From IMG/VR virus record IMGVR_UViG_3300028837_000933, positions 1-64,000 of that record: a stretch of DNA of 64,000 nucleotides; one strand, 5' to 3'. Below the pieces are notes generated by a model that saw only the letters and a program-made list of their open reading frames with translations, did no database searches and was not told the origin of the DNA. Shown here in pieces: positions 8,782 to 18,234 of the stretch. This DNA comes from a virus. Made by a program: the position numbers and the translations under genes. Position 1 is the stretch's first letter. The number at the start of each line of letters is the position of its first letter.

Positions 8782-9160
8782 GAAACCCAGGCCCGATCGA
8801 CCAGTGGTAAGGCTGCCAAGTCTCAAGAGGCTGAGCAGCACGCCGGACAACGTTTCACTCACGGTGGAAAAATCGAAGGAGAAACCCGAAGTGGCCAGGA
8901 AGCGAAAGCCAGATCCGCCCCAGGTTCCTATGCGTACCTGCGCTCTCTGCTCGGAAAATCCAACCGACATGGAGTACTCATCGCCTGTCGAGCACGAGGG
9001 CCGCACCGTGATGCTGATGGACATCCCCATCTGCTTTGATTGCTGGGGTGGAGCCATCGGCGGCGATGAGGAAATCAACGCAAGGCTGCTCGAGATGGCC
9101 AAGCAGCAAGGACTATTCGACCCGCAACAGAAGCCCTTGCTGGATGTGCCTAGTGTGTAA
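8774..9160 (+). CDS. hypothetical protein with CxxC pairs
   Basis: CALC...CFDC; basic N-terminus. Confidence 0.5.
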   Translation: MARKPRPDRPVVRLPSLKRLSSTPDNVSLTVEKSKEKPEVARKRKPDPPQVPMRTCALCSENPTDMEYSSPVEHEGRTVMLMDIPICFDCWGGAIGGDEEINARLLEMAKQQGLFDPQQKPLLDVPSV

Positions 9161-9173
9161 GGGATCTGAAAGC

Positions 9174-9650
9174 ATGACTGATGCTCACTCCGTGAAGGTA
9201 GCGATCGTCACCGATGTCTACGCTGATGGCATCGATGAGGAACGCGCCCAAATACTAGAAGAGTTTGAAGCTCGACTACAAGATGCCAGCCGGGAGCCGG
9301 TTTCTGTGGTCTTGGTGGCTTCAGGCAGAGGCATTCACGAGGTCAAAGACAAGACCTGTGACGTGCTCATCTTCGACTATGGCGCCGCACAGTTTGGCGC
9401 AACGGAAATGGCGCGGTGCCAGGCCAATGACGCCCACAAGTGGGCGGAGGATCACCCATCAAGCGTACTCCTGCTGTGGACATCGTTCACCAAGCAAATC
9501 TACGAAGCGGAATGGGGCGCGTACAGCAACCATGCGAATGTGATCTATCGCTTCGAGTCACCCCCGCTCGAGGCCGATGATGACGACCTATTCGACCATG
9601 TGTTCATAGCGATTGCCAAGTGGCTCGGGCTACTGGAATCGGAGGACTGA
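9174..9650 (+). CDS. possible stand-alone receiver (CheY-like) domain protein
   Basis: VAIVTD, DVLIFDY and LLLWTS strands spaced as in receiver folds; conserved Lys not evident. Confidence 0.4.
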   Translation: MTDAHSVKVAIVTDVYADGIDEERAQILEEFEARLQDASREPVSVVLVASGRGIHEVKDKTCDVLIFDYGAAQFGATEMARCQANDAHKWAEDHPSSVLLLWTSFTKQIYEAEWGAYSNHANVIYRFESPPLEADDDDLFDHVFIAIAKWLGLLESED

Positions 9651-9652
9651 CG

Positions 9653-10510
9653 TTGATCGCGCTATCCTGGGGCTTAGGCAGAAACAGCACATGGCTGCTG
9701 GTCAAAAGCATCCACGAGGGCAACCCGCCCGATGTGGTCTTGTTTCTCGACACGGGGATCGAACACGAATCCACGTACTGCGTAGAGCGCTGGTACGTCA
9801 AGAACGTGATCGGGCCGGCTGGCATCGACTACGTTCGGCTTACGCCCCAGACGCACCCGCAGTACTACGACAAGTACGTTGCGGAGCGCACGCTCTTGCA
9901 GTTCTGCCGCGACAAGCAAGTCGTTCCTTTGGGCGCGGCAAAGTGGTGCAGTTCTGATTGGAAGTCCCGCCCTGGTAACGCCTGGCTGCCTGAGCATGGC
10001 TGCACGGAGAACTGGGTGGGCTTCACTGCGGAAGAGACGAGGCGCGTTATTCGGCGGGGCTGCTGGATGCCCGAGACGGAGGCCGACCGCGTCTCGCAAT
10101 CCAGCTTTGACTTCTTGGCCCAGATCCCCAAAAAGTACAAGCGACCGAGCGAGCGCGGCGTTAGACCTACATGGGTGTTACGTGCGCCATTGTGGGAAGA
10201 GGACGAGACTCTTCAGGACTGCCTGGACGGCTTGGAAGCCCACGATATGCTGGTGCCGGACAAGTCAGGTTGTCGGATTTGCCCGTTTCACGTAGTAGAG
10301 GCGCTGAGGGGCGCACGCGGGGGTGATGAATTGGCCATCGATACCATCGAATTGATGATGACGCTGGAGGATTCGGCCAGTCAGAAGGCCGGGCGCAGGG
10401 TCGGCATCATGGCCACTGGTGAAAGTGTGACGCAACTTTGGACACTCAATCAGCCACTAGATGGCTTGGACATTCCAGCAATCTATCGGCCCTGTGAGTG
10501 CGCCGTCTGA
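9653..10510 (+). CDS. PAPS-reductase/PP-loop superfamily protein
   Basis: ALSWGLGRNS PP-loop variant, FLDTGIE, CSSDWK, VGFTAEE, KSGCRICPF, terminal CEC; GGAGG before TTG. Confidence 0.8.
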   Translation: MIALSWGLGRNSTWLLVKSIHEGNPPDVVLFLDTGIEHESTYCVERWYVKNVIGPAGIDYVRLTPQTHPQYYDKYVAERTLLQFCRDKQVVPLGAAKWCSSDWKSRPGNAWLPEHGCTENWVGFTAEETRRVIRRGCWMPETEADRVSQSSFDFLAQIPKKYKRPSERGVRPTWVLRAPLWEEDETLQDCLDGLEAHDMLVPDKSGCRICPFHVVEALRGARGGDELAIDTIELMMTLEDSASQKAGRRVGIMATGESVTQLWTLNQPLDGLDIPAIYRPCECAV

Positions 10511-10522
10511 GAGACTTCAATC

Positions 10523-10813
10523 ATGGCAGAAGGAGACTACCGAATCGACGCCCACGAACGGGTTTTCATCCTCACGGATGGTTCCGACAATCCGATGATG
10601 GCGGTGTTCCACAACACGAAGAAGCGCTATCTGATGGTGTACCAGGACCCCTTTCTGGCAGCAAAGGATGCGGAAGAGAGAGATGCAGAATTGGTCACGC
10701 TCGAGTTCTATCAGGCGGTGGCCTTTGCAAAGCGGCGCAAGGCGGATAACGTGTGCATCAAGAACAGCGATGAGGACCTAGGGATGCCAGTGCAGGGAGG
10801 ACTTGGTGACTGA
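10523..10813 (+). CDS. hypothetical protein
   Basis: ORF fills the gap on the operon strand. Confidence 0.55.
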   Translation: MAEGDYRIDAHERVFILTDGSDNPMMAVFHNTKKRYLMVYQDPFLAAKDAEERDAELVTLEFYQAVAFAKRRKADNVCIKNSDEDLGMPVQGGLGD

Positions 10814-10820
10814 AGAAACG

Positions 10821-11318
10821 ATGAAGGCCATAACGCTCTGGCAGCCTTGGGCTACACTCGTTGCCATAGGCGCCAAGCAGGTAGAAACTCGGTCCTGGGA
10901 CACGCCACACCGCGGCCCGCTGGCCATCCACGCGGCGCTTACGGACCGCCACATAGACTTCGCGGGCCATCCGAGCTTTTGGACTCCTTTGTCTTCAGCC
11001 GGTTACCGGACTCCATACGATCTCCCACTCGGCAAAGTGGTGGCCGTCTGCAAGCTCACGGACACCTGGAGCACAAACGACCAGGCGAAACTTGGCGAGT
11101 TATCGGAAGAGGAATTGGCGTTCGGGGATTACAGCCCCAACCGATTTGCGTGGGTGTTGGAGGAGATCGAGATGATGAAGGAGCCCTTCCATGCCCGCGG
11201 CAGGCAACGGCTCTGGCGCTTGGAGTTGCCACTACCGACAATGGAAACAGTCAGCGCCACACGCTACATGCCATTACCATCGGAATCCCAAACACAGGAG
11301 GAAGCAAGTGGCAAATGA
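10821..11318 (+). CDS. ASCH domain protein
   Basis: MKAITLWQPWATL...GAKQVETRSW...RGPLAIHA...RFAWVL...ARGRQRLW. Confidence 0.9.
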   Translation: MKAITLWQPWATLVAIGAKQVETRSWDTPHRGPLAIHAALTDRHIDFAGHPSFWTPLSSAGYRTPYDLPLGKVVAVCKLTDTWSTNDQAKLGELSEEELAFGDYSPNRFAWVLEEIEMMKEPFHARGRQRLWRLELPLPTMETVSATRYMPLPSESQTQEEASGK

Positions 11319-11622
11319 TAAGCCCAAGAAGACCAGCGTAGAGGCGCCGCCCCAAGAGTTCAAGGAGTTCAAGCTCCGCATCGCGTTCCGCAAAGTCCTG
11401 ACGCACCCGGACGATCCAACATCGATCGTCAGCGTGACCGTCACCTGGATCACCGTTCACGTGCAATCTATCAGCGTCCAAAAAGCACTGGAAGGCGTAC
11501 ATCGTCACATCAAGACGTTTGGCATGTACGTGGAAGATGAGAAAGACGGCCCGCGTGTCTATGCCGGCGACTCGCTACTCCACATCGAACTCGCTCCAGA
11601 AGAGGAGGCAGGGGAGGACTAG
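11308..11622 (+). CDS. hypothetical protein
   Basis: AGGAGG RBS before GTG. Confidence 0.55.
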   Translation: MANDKPKKTSVEAPPQEFKEFKLRIAFRKVLTHPDDPTSIVSVTVTWITVHVQSISVQKALEGVHRHIKTFGMYVEDEKDGPRVYAGDSLLHIELAPEEEAGED

Positions 11623-12024
11623 ATGAGCGTCCAGTTCGGCTTTTTTCCAGGTGAAGAGATGGTTGTTGCTGGCGATGCGGTCGACCGCATCAAGTGGGTC
11701 TTGGACCATTACCCGCCTACCCGCGACAACAAGAAGCTGTTCATGGCCCTGTATCGTCTTGAGGCTGAAGGCTTGGCCTCTCGCTTCCAGATGGTGGCTT
11801 CGAGGATGGCAGATCAATACAAGCTCACCGCGGCCGAGGAGCAGGAATTGTACCACATGCTCTACGATGAGTTCCGTGCCTGGTACATCCATCATGCCAA
11901 GTCGGCTAAGACGGTTCTCAACAGGCTCATGGAGATCCAGAAGAACCCCAAGTACGAGCCGTCTGACGATGAACGCAAGCGCCGTGACAAGCAATCCAGA
12001 GTGACTGGAGGAAACGTGCGATGA
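11623..12024 (+). CDS. hypothetical phage protein
   Basis: GGAGG RBS; VL..YP.TRD motif. Confidence 0.6.
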   Translation: MSVQFGFFPGEEMVVAGDAVDRIKWVLDHYPPTRDNKKLFMALYRLEAEGLASRFQMVASRMADQYKLTAAEEQELYHMLYDEFRAWYIHHAKSAKTVLNRLMEIQKNPKYEPSDDERKRRDKQSRVTGGNVR

Positions 12025-12689
12025 CACAAGCGTATGCAGGCATCTTGGGTACGAGAAACCACCGGGCGAAGCTCACGGCCGAAGAGGTGCTTGAGATTCG
12101 CCGCAAGTACTGTTCCAAGGAGGCCACCCAGCAAGAACTAGCACGCGAATACCACGTGACGCAGCCCACCATCCACCACATCCTCAACCGCCACACCTGG
12201 CGTCATCTGGAGCCCCTCTCGGAAGAGGCAGAGCTTCCGGAGTGCTTGCACGACTTCGATGTTGGCAACAAGGGCTACTCCAAGCTGTCGCCCGAACAGG
12301 TCACCCAGATCCGCGAGCGTTACGCGAGCGGCGAGAGCGACCAGCGGACTCTCGCTAGAGAGTTTGGGGTCTGCCAAACCCATATCTCAGCTATCGTGCT
12401 GGGCCTTTGCTGGAAGCACCTACCGATGATGCCAAACAACGGGCACGGCACAAGGGGAGAGCGCAACCCGCGCTCAACGTTCACAAATGGTGATGTTCAG
12501 GCCATACGGCGCAAGTACCTCACGGGCTGCATCTCGCAGACCGATCTTGCTTCGGAATACGGCGCACACACGTCAACGATTTCCATGATTCTGCGTCGAC
12601 GGACTTGGTCACATCTTCCCTTGGTACAAGGGGAAGAAAGGATAGGGAGCCTACTGAAACGAGGACGGAGGATACCACAAGGAGACTGA
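12021..12689 (+). CDS. protein with three tandem HNH-associated HTH repeats, no nuclease domain
   Basis: 3x approximate consensus KLT.E.V..IR..Y...Q..LA.E.GV...I..I...W.HL. Confidence 0.75.
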   Translation: MTQAYAGILGTRNHRAKLTAEEVLEIRRKYCSKEATQQELAREYHVTQPTIHHILNRHTWRHLEPLSEEAELPECLHDFDVGNKGYSKLSPEQVTQIRERYASGESDQRTLAREFGVCQTHISAIVLGLCWKHLPMMPNNGHGTRGERNPRSTFTNGDVQAIRRKYLTGCISQTDLASEYGAHTSTISMILRRRTWSHLPLVQGEERIGSLLKRGRRIPQGD

Positions 12690-12690
12690 C

Positions 12691-13620
12691 ATGGCAGAGT
12701 TCACAATGCACTTTTGCGGGCACTATGGAACCGTGTTCGAGGGTGGCGACACACAACGAACACTCTACGAAGCCTGCACCCAAGATGAGCAGCCCGTATG
12801 CCCCTACGGAATAGGGGAAAGCGAGCGCGACCGCTGCGGGTGTTGGGGATGTAGGCTCTATCTCACCGGCTGGCGACGTGGCGATGAGCCGACTAAGGCG
12901 GCCCGCTGGGTGGACGGTCGCAATCTAGCCGCTCAGACACCTGTCTACGGAGGCGGGATCGCAGAGGGCACTTTACAGACCAACCGCATAGCCTGTGGAA
13001 CGAGTGTGCGAGAAGACTTCATCTTCGGGCTTAGCGCCGTCATCCAGGCCATAAGCGCAACGTCCGCGGCATCGGTCTTTGGCGTTGTGTCGCCTATCTC
13101 GGGGAGCATTACTGCGGTTTCCACCACACCCACTTCGAGCATTATCGGCTTCATGTGGCTGTATTCGGCTACAATTGCTGCCGTCTCAACAACGCCCGCT
13201 GCTGTCCTTGGCTTTATCTTCGAGATGGCGGCATCGATGGACATTGCATCGACAACGCCCGACACGCCGGATCTCATCAAGGGACGGCACTTCGATGATG
13301 CGCTGATACTGGCAGCTTCAACAACGCCCGATACCGTGGATCTGCCCGTAGCGAGGAACATGCTGGCTACACTCGCGGCCGCTTGCACCACGCCGGACAC
13401 ACCGATTCTTGCGGTTGAGCGCGAATACGCTGCCACACTGGCCCCAGCTTCCAGCACACCCGACACTGTCGCACTCGACTGCTGGGAACTGTTCTCAGCC
13501 ATACTGGCGGCCGCTTCCACCACGCCGGACACCGTAGCCCTGGCGGTTCAGCGCGAATACGCTGCCGCAATCGATGTCGCTGCCACCACGCCAGACGATG
13601 TGGATCTGACGATCAGCTAG
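12691..13620 (+). CDS. Cys-rich N-terminus plus about 9 STTPD 22-aa repeats
   Basis: Repeats homologous to those of 57747-60731; AAGGAG RBS. Confidence 0.8.
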   Translation: MAEFTMHFCGHYGTVFEGGDTQRTLYEACTQDEQPVCPYGIGESERDRCGCWGCRLYLTGWRRGDEPTKAARWVDGRNLAAQTPVYGGGIAEGTLQTNRIACGTSVREDFIFGLSAVIQAISATSAASVFGVVSPISGSITAVSTTPTSSIIGFMWLYSATIAAVSTTPAAVLGFIFEMAASMDIASTTPDTPDLIKGRHFDDALILAASTTPDTVDLPVARNMLATLAAACTTPDTPILAVEREYAATLAPASSTPDTVALDCWELFSAILAAASTTPDTVALAVQREYAAAIDVAATTPDDVDLTIS

Positions 13621-13629
13621 GAGGCCCGA

Positions 13630-14541
13630 ATGGGATACAAGCATCTAGGAGCACACGTAAACTGGACCGCACAAGACGTTGACCTACTCATCGAAACCTG
13701 GAAGCCGCCGCTCGTTGTGTTGCTCGACCAAAGCGAGGGCTGGAGGCGTGTCAAGCGATCGTGCCCAAACACGATCTTCGTTGGCAGAATCATGCTCGAC
13801 CATCAGCCCGACTTCAACCAGCCTCTCGATGTGCCACAATACGCAGCCGAGTTTGTCGCCACGGTGCGGCCCATGGTGGAGCGGATGATCGATGTCTGGG
13901 ACTACATGCAAACTCTCAACGAGCCGGTGATCAATAGCGTTGAGGCGGCCCAGCGACTTGGTGAGTTCGAGATGATCGTAATGAGCTGGCTCCACGACTT
14001 CACAGGCGGCAGGATCAAGCCGGCCATCTTCTCGTTCGGCGTAGGACATCCCACGGACTTGGGCGCTTTCTGGCCGCCTCTTCTTCACGCGCTCGAAATG
14101 TGCAAGAATCAAGGCGGCGCCCTGGCCAAGCACCAATACGACTGGCCCAATCTGAACCGTGACCCAAAGTGGTACATATTGAGACATAGATTGGACTACG
14201 GCGGCTGTCCAGAACAGGGCTGGCCGGGCTTCCCCGAGCACTTGGCCGATCTTCCGCTGCTTATCACGGAGTGTGGGCTCGATGGCTTGATAGAAGGCGG
14301 AACACCCCGAGGCTGGCGCACACTCTACACAGATCCCGAAACTAGCATAGTCGATCCGGCTCCTTACCTACAAGAACTCACATGGTTCGATGAGCAGCTA
14401 CACCAAGACAAGCAAGTCAAGGGAGCCGCGGTGTACTGTTTCATCGGCGGCGCTGTATGGGAAGCCTACGAGTGTATGCCAGAGATAGGCCACGGCTTGG
14501 CGCAAGAGGCCACGCCGATCTATCGAACGTCTTGTACCTAG
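13630..14541 (+). CDS. glycoside-hydrolase-like TIM barrel protein
   Basis: LNEP, KHQY and LLITECG motifs; AGGAGG RBS. Confidence 0.7.
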   Translation: MGYKHLGAHVNWTAQDVDLLIETWKPPLVVLLDQSEGWRRVKRSCPNTIFVGRIMLDHQPDFNQPLDVPQYAAEFVATVRPMVERMIDVWDYMQTLNEPVINSVEAAQRLGEFEMIVMSWLHDFTGGRIKPAIFSFGVGHPTDLGAFWPPLLHALEMCKNQGGALAKHQYDWPNLNRDPKWYILRHRLDYGGCPEQGWPGFPEHLADLPLLITECGLDGLIEGGTPRGWRTLYTDPETSIVDPAPYLQELTWFDEQLHQDKQVKGAAVYCFIGGAVWEAYECMPEIGHGLAQEATPIYRTSCT

Positions 14542-14547
14542 TGTGTA

Positions 14548-15050
14548 ACGTCCGCATCGTGGCGGGCGTCTAATCGGCCAACGCTCAGAGTGGTGACAGA
14601 ACGCAAGACGAGACCCTTTACCAGAGTCGGTACTAGCCAGTCTTGCTTCTGGAGTAACTGGTTCACCATGCAAATCGCCGCTCTGACGCGGAGAGGGAGG
14701 TGATAGCCTTGACAACGCCTAGCGGCGGTGGCACAGACTAAGTCGATACCATGTGTCGTTTCTACCGGATTACAACTCGTGTTGAATTGGGTGACATGGG
14801 GAGACCTGACACAAGCACCGGGTGTTGTGCGCTGAAAGTCAGAGGTCTTGGCGTAGATCCTCCTTTGCTGGAAAGTGCAAAAGACGTAAGGTATACGCCA
14901 AAAAGACTACTTAGCCTTACCACCAAATCTAGGAGAAAATCGAGGCCGGGAGCGACAGAGCACGCTTCCTTGGCGGCCCCAATGGGACAACCGCCATCTA
15001 ACCAGTAACACATGGGGGGTGTGCAAAACGCTCCCGGCCCTCAATCTCTC
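14548..15050 (+). ncRNA. candidate large structured RNA (family unknown)
   Basis: About 500 nt without a convincing ORF; stems 14585-14596/14675-14686 (G-U pairs favour +), 14603-14609/14640-14646, 14944-14954/15029-15039. Confidence 0.5.
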
Positions 15051-15068
15051 ACCGGAAAGGAGTCCAAC

Positions 15069-15644
15069 GTGGAGTTGAGTACACAACAGCGCCTCTTTCT
15101 CGAAAAGTGGATACAGCACGCGCCATCACATCTGCCTCAGCCGGAGTTTGAGCACCGCTTTGCCAAAGACGACTTCAAACGCCAATGGCGGATTGACGTT
15201 GCGTGGCCCTCTCTCAAAGTCGGCTTTGAGATAGAGGGCGGCGCGTTCGCTCGGCGCAGAGGAAAGCGTTGCCGTACCTGTGGTCAAACGCCACCAGGGC
15301 GCCACACCAGCGGCATCGGCTTCTGGCGTGACTTGCGCAAGTACAACGCCGCCCGCGCCCTCGGTTGGGTTGTACTCCAATTCCCGACAAACCTGTTCCG
15401 CGATTCCCTTGGCATGATTCTCGATGAGATGATCGCGGTCGTTGGGGGCCGCTACATCCGCAAGAGCGGACTTGCCGCACTTGTCGAGGCCCTTGAGGAC
15501 ATCCAGGAAGGCGATCCACACAGCGATGATGAAGCGATCGAAAGCATGATGCAAGTCATCAACCGACTCAACAACGACACGCTCGCGACGCGCGAGAGCT
15601 TTGGTAGAAACCTGTACCCGCAAAAGAAGAGGCGCAGCACGTAA
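15069..15644 (+). CDS. PD-(D/E)XK Vsr/DUF559-like endonuclease
   Basis: EHRF...WRIDVAWP..KVGFEIEGG...GRH...D..KYNAA..LGW.VL; AAGGAG RBS. Confidence 0.8.
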   Translation: MELSTQQRLFLEKWIQHAPSHLPQPEFEHRFAKDDFKRQWRIDVAWPSLKVGFEIEGGAFARRRGKRCRTCGQTPPGRHTSGIGFWRDLRKYNAARALGWVVLQFPTNLFRDSLGMILDEMIAVVGGRYIRKSGLAALVEALEDIQEGDPHSDDEAIESMMQVINRLNNDTLATRESFGRNLYPQKKRRST

Positions 15645-15666
15645 GCCCCCTTTACCCTATCGGCCA

Positions 15667-15704
15667 AAATTACACCGTAAGGGCTGCGGTAGATTTCCGA
15701 TTTT
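15667..15704. promoter_or_regulatory. bipartite motif copy 2 (AAATTACACC-N16-ATTTCCGATTTT)
   Basis: Matches 2137-2175; a TTGACA lies downstream at 15737. Confidence 0.55.
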
Positions 15705-15795
15705 TCGTCTGGCAGTGGAGGCTTGCTACAATCATTTTGACAGAAAGTGCGTTAGATGTAGGAATAGTGTTTGATGTGCCGAGGAGACGAGTGTA

Positions 15796-16101
15796 ATGTC
15801 GCAGACGTTGGCAACAGCCCAGATGGCTCAAGACAAGAACTTTGAGGTCGCCTACCTCATGGGCAGCCGAAGCGCTCATACTATGATGCTTTCCGCGATT
15901 CTCACGGGTCTTGGCTATGACTCTAACGAAGACCCATTGATCACGGTAGGCCGACTCGTTTCGGAGAGGGAAGCAACGGTCGCAATACTTCGCAAGGCGT
16001 GCCTGGAGTTTGGTGACAACGATTGGAGTGACCAGCTGCATCTGCGCGATGTAATCGACAAGCATCTCTTACCCTATCTACACGAGCAGGCGAGTGGCTA
16101 A
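15796..16101 (+). CDS. hypothetical phage protein
   Basis: GAGGAG RBS; ER...LR..C.EFGDNDW...LHL.DVI.KHL. Confidence 0.65.
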   Translation: MSQTLATAQMAQDKNFEVAYLMGSRSAHTMMLSAILTGLGYDSNEDPLITVGRLVSEREATVAILRKACLEFGDNDWSDQLHLRDVIDKHLLPYLHEQASG

Positions 16102-16414
16102 GTTTGATGTTAGGTACGATGGACTCAACCGACCGCTTCCCAGTCCACCGCTCGTCACGCTCGGTGGCGTTGAGTGCATACTCCAAAAGGTCAAACTCCA
16201 CGAACTGGATGAGTGGCAGAACGAACACCAAGTGCGATGGGTTCGCAACACGTTCATGGGCAAGTTCGGTCACGTTTCGGTGTTCCATCCGATAGCATGG
16301 GCCACCTATACCCAGGAGGAAGGAAATGAGAAAAGAGACCAAGTTCCAGGCGATGGCCAAGACAATGGGACAGATCCTTCTGATCGCGGCGATAGCGATC
16401 CTGGCCCTGAATGA
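16094..16414 (+). CDS. hypothetical protein
   Basis: ORF overlapping the upstream stop. Confidence 0.45.
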   Translation: MAKFDVRYDGLNRPLPSPPLVTLGGVECILQKVKLHELDEWQNEHQVRWVRNTFMGKFGHVSVFHPIAWATYTQEEGNEKRDQVPGDGQDNGTDPSDRGDSDPGPE

Positions 16415-16481
16415 GCTTGGCTGGCTCGATGAATATCTGATACCGCCGCAAGTCCGTGCTACTGTTCTCGGTTGGTTCTAG
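16326..16481 (+). CDS. 51-aa single-pass membrane protein (below ORF track cut-off)
   Basis: GGAGGAAGGA upstream; MRKETK...ILLIAAIAILAL...GWF*. Confidence 0.5.
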   Translation: MRKETKFQAMAKTMGQILLIAAIAILALNELGWLDEYLIPPQVRATVLGWF

Positions 16482-16498
16482 GCCCAAGGGAGGCGTGT

Positions 16499-17440
16499 AT
16501 GCCCAAACATGAAACCGGAATCCAGTGGACTCATCGGCCAGGCACGAAAGGTGTGTCCCACAACTTCATAGCTGGCTGCACCAAGGTCAGCCCCGGCTGT
16601 GCCCACTGTTACGCGTTACGTGACAGCTGGCGCATCTTCAACAACCCCAGCCATCCTGAGAGGTACAATGGGGTTGTTGAGAAGGTCAACGGCGTGGTGC
16701 GATGGACCGGACGGGTCAATGTGGATATGGAAGCGCTGCGGAAGCCGCAGAACTGGCGAACGCCCCGCACTGCTTTCGTTTGCTCGATGGCAGACATCAT
16801 GCACGATAACGTACAAGTCGAGGTAATCCACCAGGCACTGGACGTGGTCAAGGACTCACCCGATCATTTCTTCTTGATGCTCAGCAAACGTGCGGAACGC
16901 CTTCGCGGAATTATGAACCGGCCCCGGACCATGCTCAACGGGCGACCTATTCCGAATCTCGCTGTCGGTGTGTCGGCAGAGGATAACGACTGGCTCAAGG
17001 CAAGGGCGCCCCAACTCATTCGCACATCGGCCGCGCTGCGCTATCTCAGTCTCGAGCCGCTACTTGGTCCTATGCCCGATCTCTGGGAGTATCTACAGAT
17101 GCACCGCTGCGCCCATTGCGGCAACGAGTGCTTCCACGATGAGCGCTCATGGGACAGGAAACACAATAAGGTCTGCCCGCTATGTAGATCACCCGACTGT
17201 GCCGATGATGAGCCCCTTCTCATCGATCAAGTTCTGATTGGATGCGAGAGCGGTCCGAACCGCCGATTCTTTCCCATGGAAGCGTTGGAGGCAATCATAG
17301 CCACCTGCGACAAGGCCGGGACAAAGGTGTTCGTCAAGCAGATCCGCGTTCCTGGAGGAAAGGTTAGCCACGACCCCATCGACTGGCATATCAAGTATCG
17401 CCGTCAAGAGTTCCCCGTGTGGACTCCAGGCATTAGCTAA
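16499..17440 (+). CDS. DUF5131 (phage Gp37/Gp68) family protein
   Basis: TGIQWT...[14 protein letters not shown]...FVCSMAD...LSLEPLLG...GCESGP...FVKQ; contains a zinc-ribbon insertion. Confidence 0.9.
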   Translation: MPKHETGIQWTHRPGTKGVSHNFIAGCTKVSPGCAHCYALRDSWRIFNNPSHPERYNGVVEKVNGVVRWTGRVNVDMEALRKPQNWRTPRTAFVCSMADIMHDNVQVEVIHQALDVVKDSPDHFFLMLSKRAERLRGIMNRPRTMLNGRPIPNLAVGVSAEDNDWLKARAPQLIRTSAALRYLSLEPLLGPMPDLWEYLQMHRCAHCGNECFHDERSWDRKHNKVCPLCRSPDCADDEPLLIDQVLIGCESGPNRRFFPMEALEAIIATCDKAGTKVFVKQIRVPGGKVSHDPIDWHIKYRRQEFPVWTPGIS

Positions 17441-17456
17441 CGACAAGGAGACTGAA

Positions 17457-18224
17457 ATGAAGACAAGGCTACTGGTTACGTTCCTCCTCCTGCTCTTGGT
17501 GTTGTTCATCGGCACTGAGGGTCAGGCGCTAACCAACGGCATGAAGATCATCGAAGCCCCCAATGTAGATGACTATGAGTGCGATTCGACAGAGTGGCAC
17601 TTTGTCATCACTCAGGCAGATCCGGCGAGGATGCCAGAATCGATCTTTGTGACTTGGGACTGTGGCGGTCCTATCGAAGTGCCACTGGCAGGCATAAGCG
17701 GCTCCACAGGGCACTACTACTACTATGACAATCTCACGTGTCGTCTCGTCAAGGTTTGGGCTGAAATCTACATAGAGTTCGATGGCAACTTCCGTGTAAG
17801 TCATGGCCCCTGTCTTGAGGAACCAACGCCAACACCTACCAACACGCCAACAGCAACGAATACACCCACACCCACGGACACACCAACCGCAACCCCAACT
17901 CCGACCAACTCACCCACGCCAACGGATACCCCTACAGCTACGCCTACCGCAACACCAACCAACACAGCCACGGCTACCCCTACGCCTACCGATGGACCGA
18001 GCCCCACACCCACCAACACACCCACGGCAAGCAACACGCCCACACCTTCCAAGACGCCCACACTCACACCCACTCCCACAAGCACTAGACGAGTCACACC
18101 TACTCCAACGCCAACCGATGTACCCTTCGTCCCCGAGGCGTCAACAATCGGCTTGATGGTGCCTGCGTTGGCGGCTGGAGCGGCCTACATTGGTCTTCAG
18201 CTACGCAGTCGGCGCCGGAAGTAA
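17457..18224 (+). CDS. secreted Pro/Thr-repeat protein with PEP-CTERM-like sorting signal
   Basis: Signal peptide, small Cys domain, (PT)n stalk, VPEAST + transmembrane segment + RSRRRK. Confidence 0.8.
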   Translation: MKTRLLVTFLLLLLVLFIGTEGQALTNGMKIIEAPNVDDYECDSTEWHFVITQADPARMPESIFVTWDCGGPIEVPLAGISGSTGHYYYYDNLTCRLVKVWAEIYIEFDGNFRVSHGPCLEEPTPTPTNTPTATNTPTPTDTPTATPTPTNSPTPTDTPTATPTATPTNTATATPTPTDGPSPTPTNTPTASNTPTPSKTPTLTPTPTSTRRVTPTPTPTDVPFVPEASTIGLMVPALAAGAAYIGLQLRSRRRK

Positions 18225-18234
18225 GGGAGGCCCC

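Noticed and set aside
14865-14912. TGCTGGAAA and AGACTAC resembling group I intron P and R elements
   Set aside because: No Q or S elements found, no interrupted gene, and the P-like bases sit in a local hairpin
17822-18120. Repetitive DNA resembling an array
   Set aside because: Encodes the Pro/Thr stalk; third positions vary and there is no repeat-spacer structure, so not CRISPR
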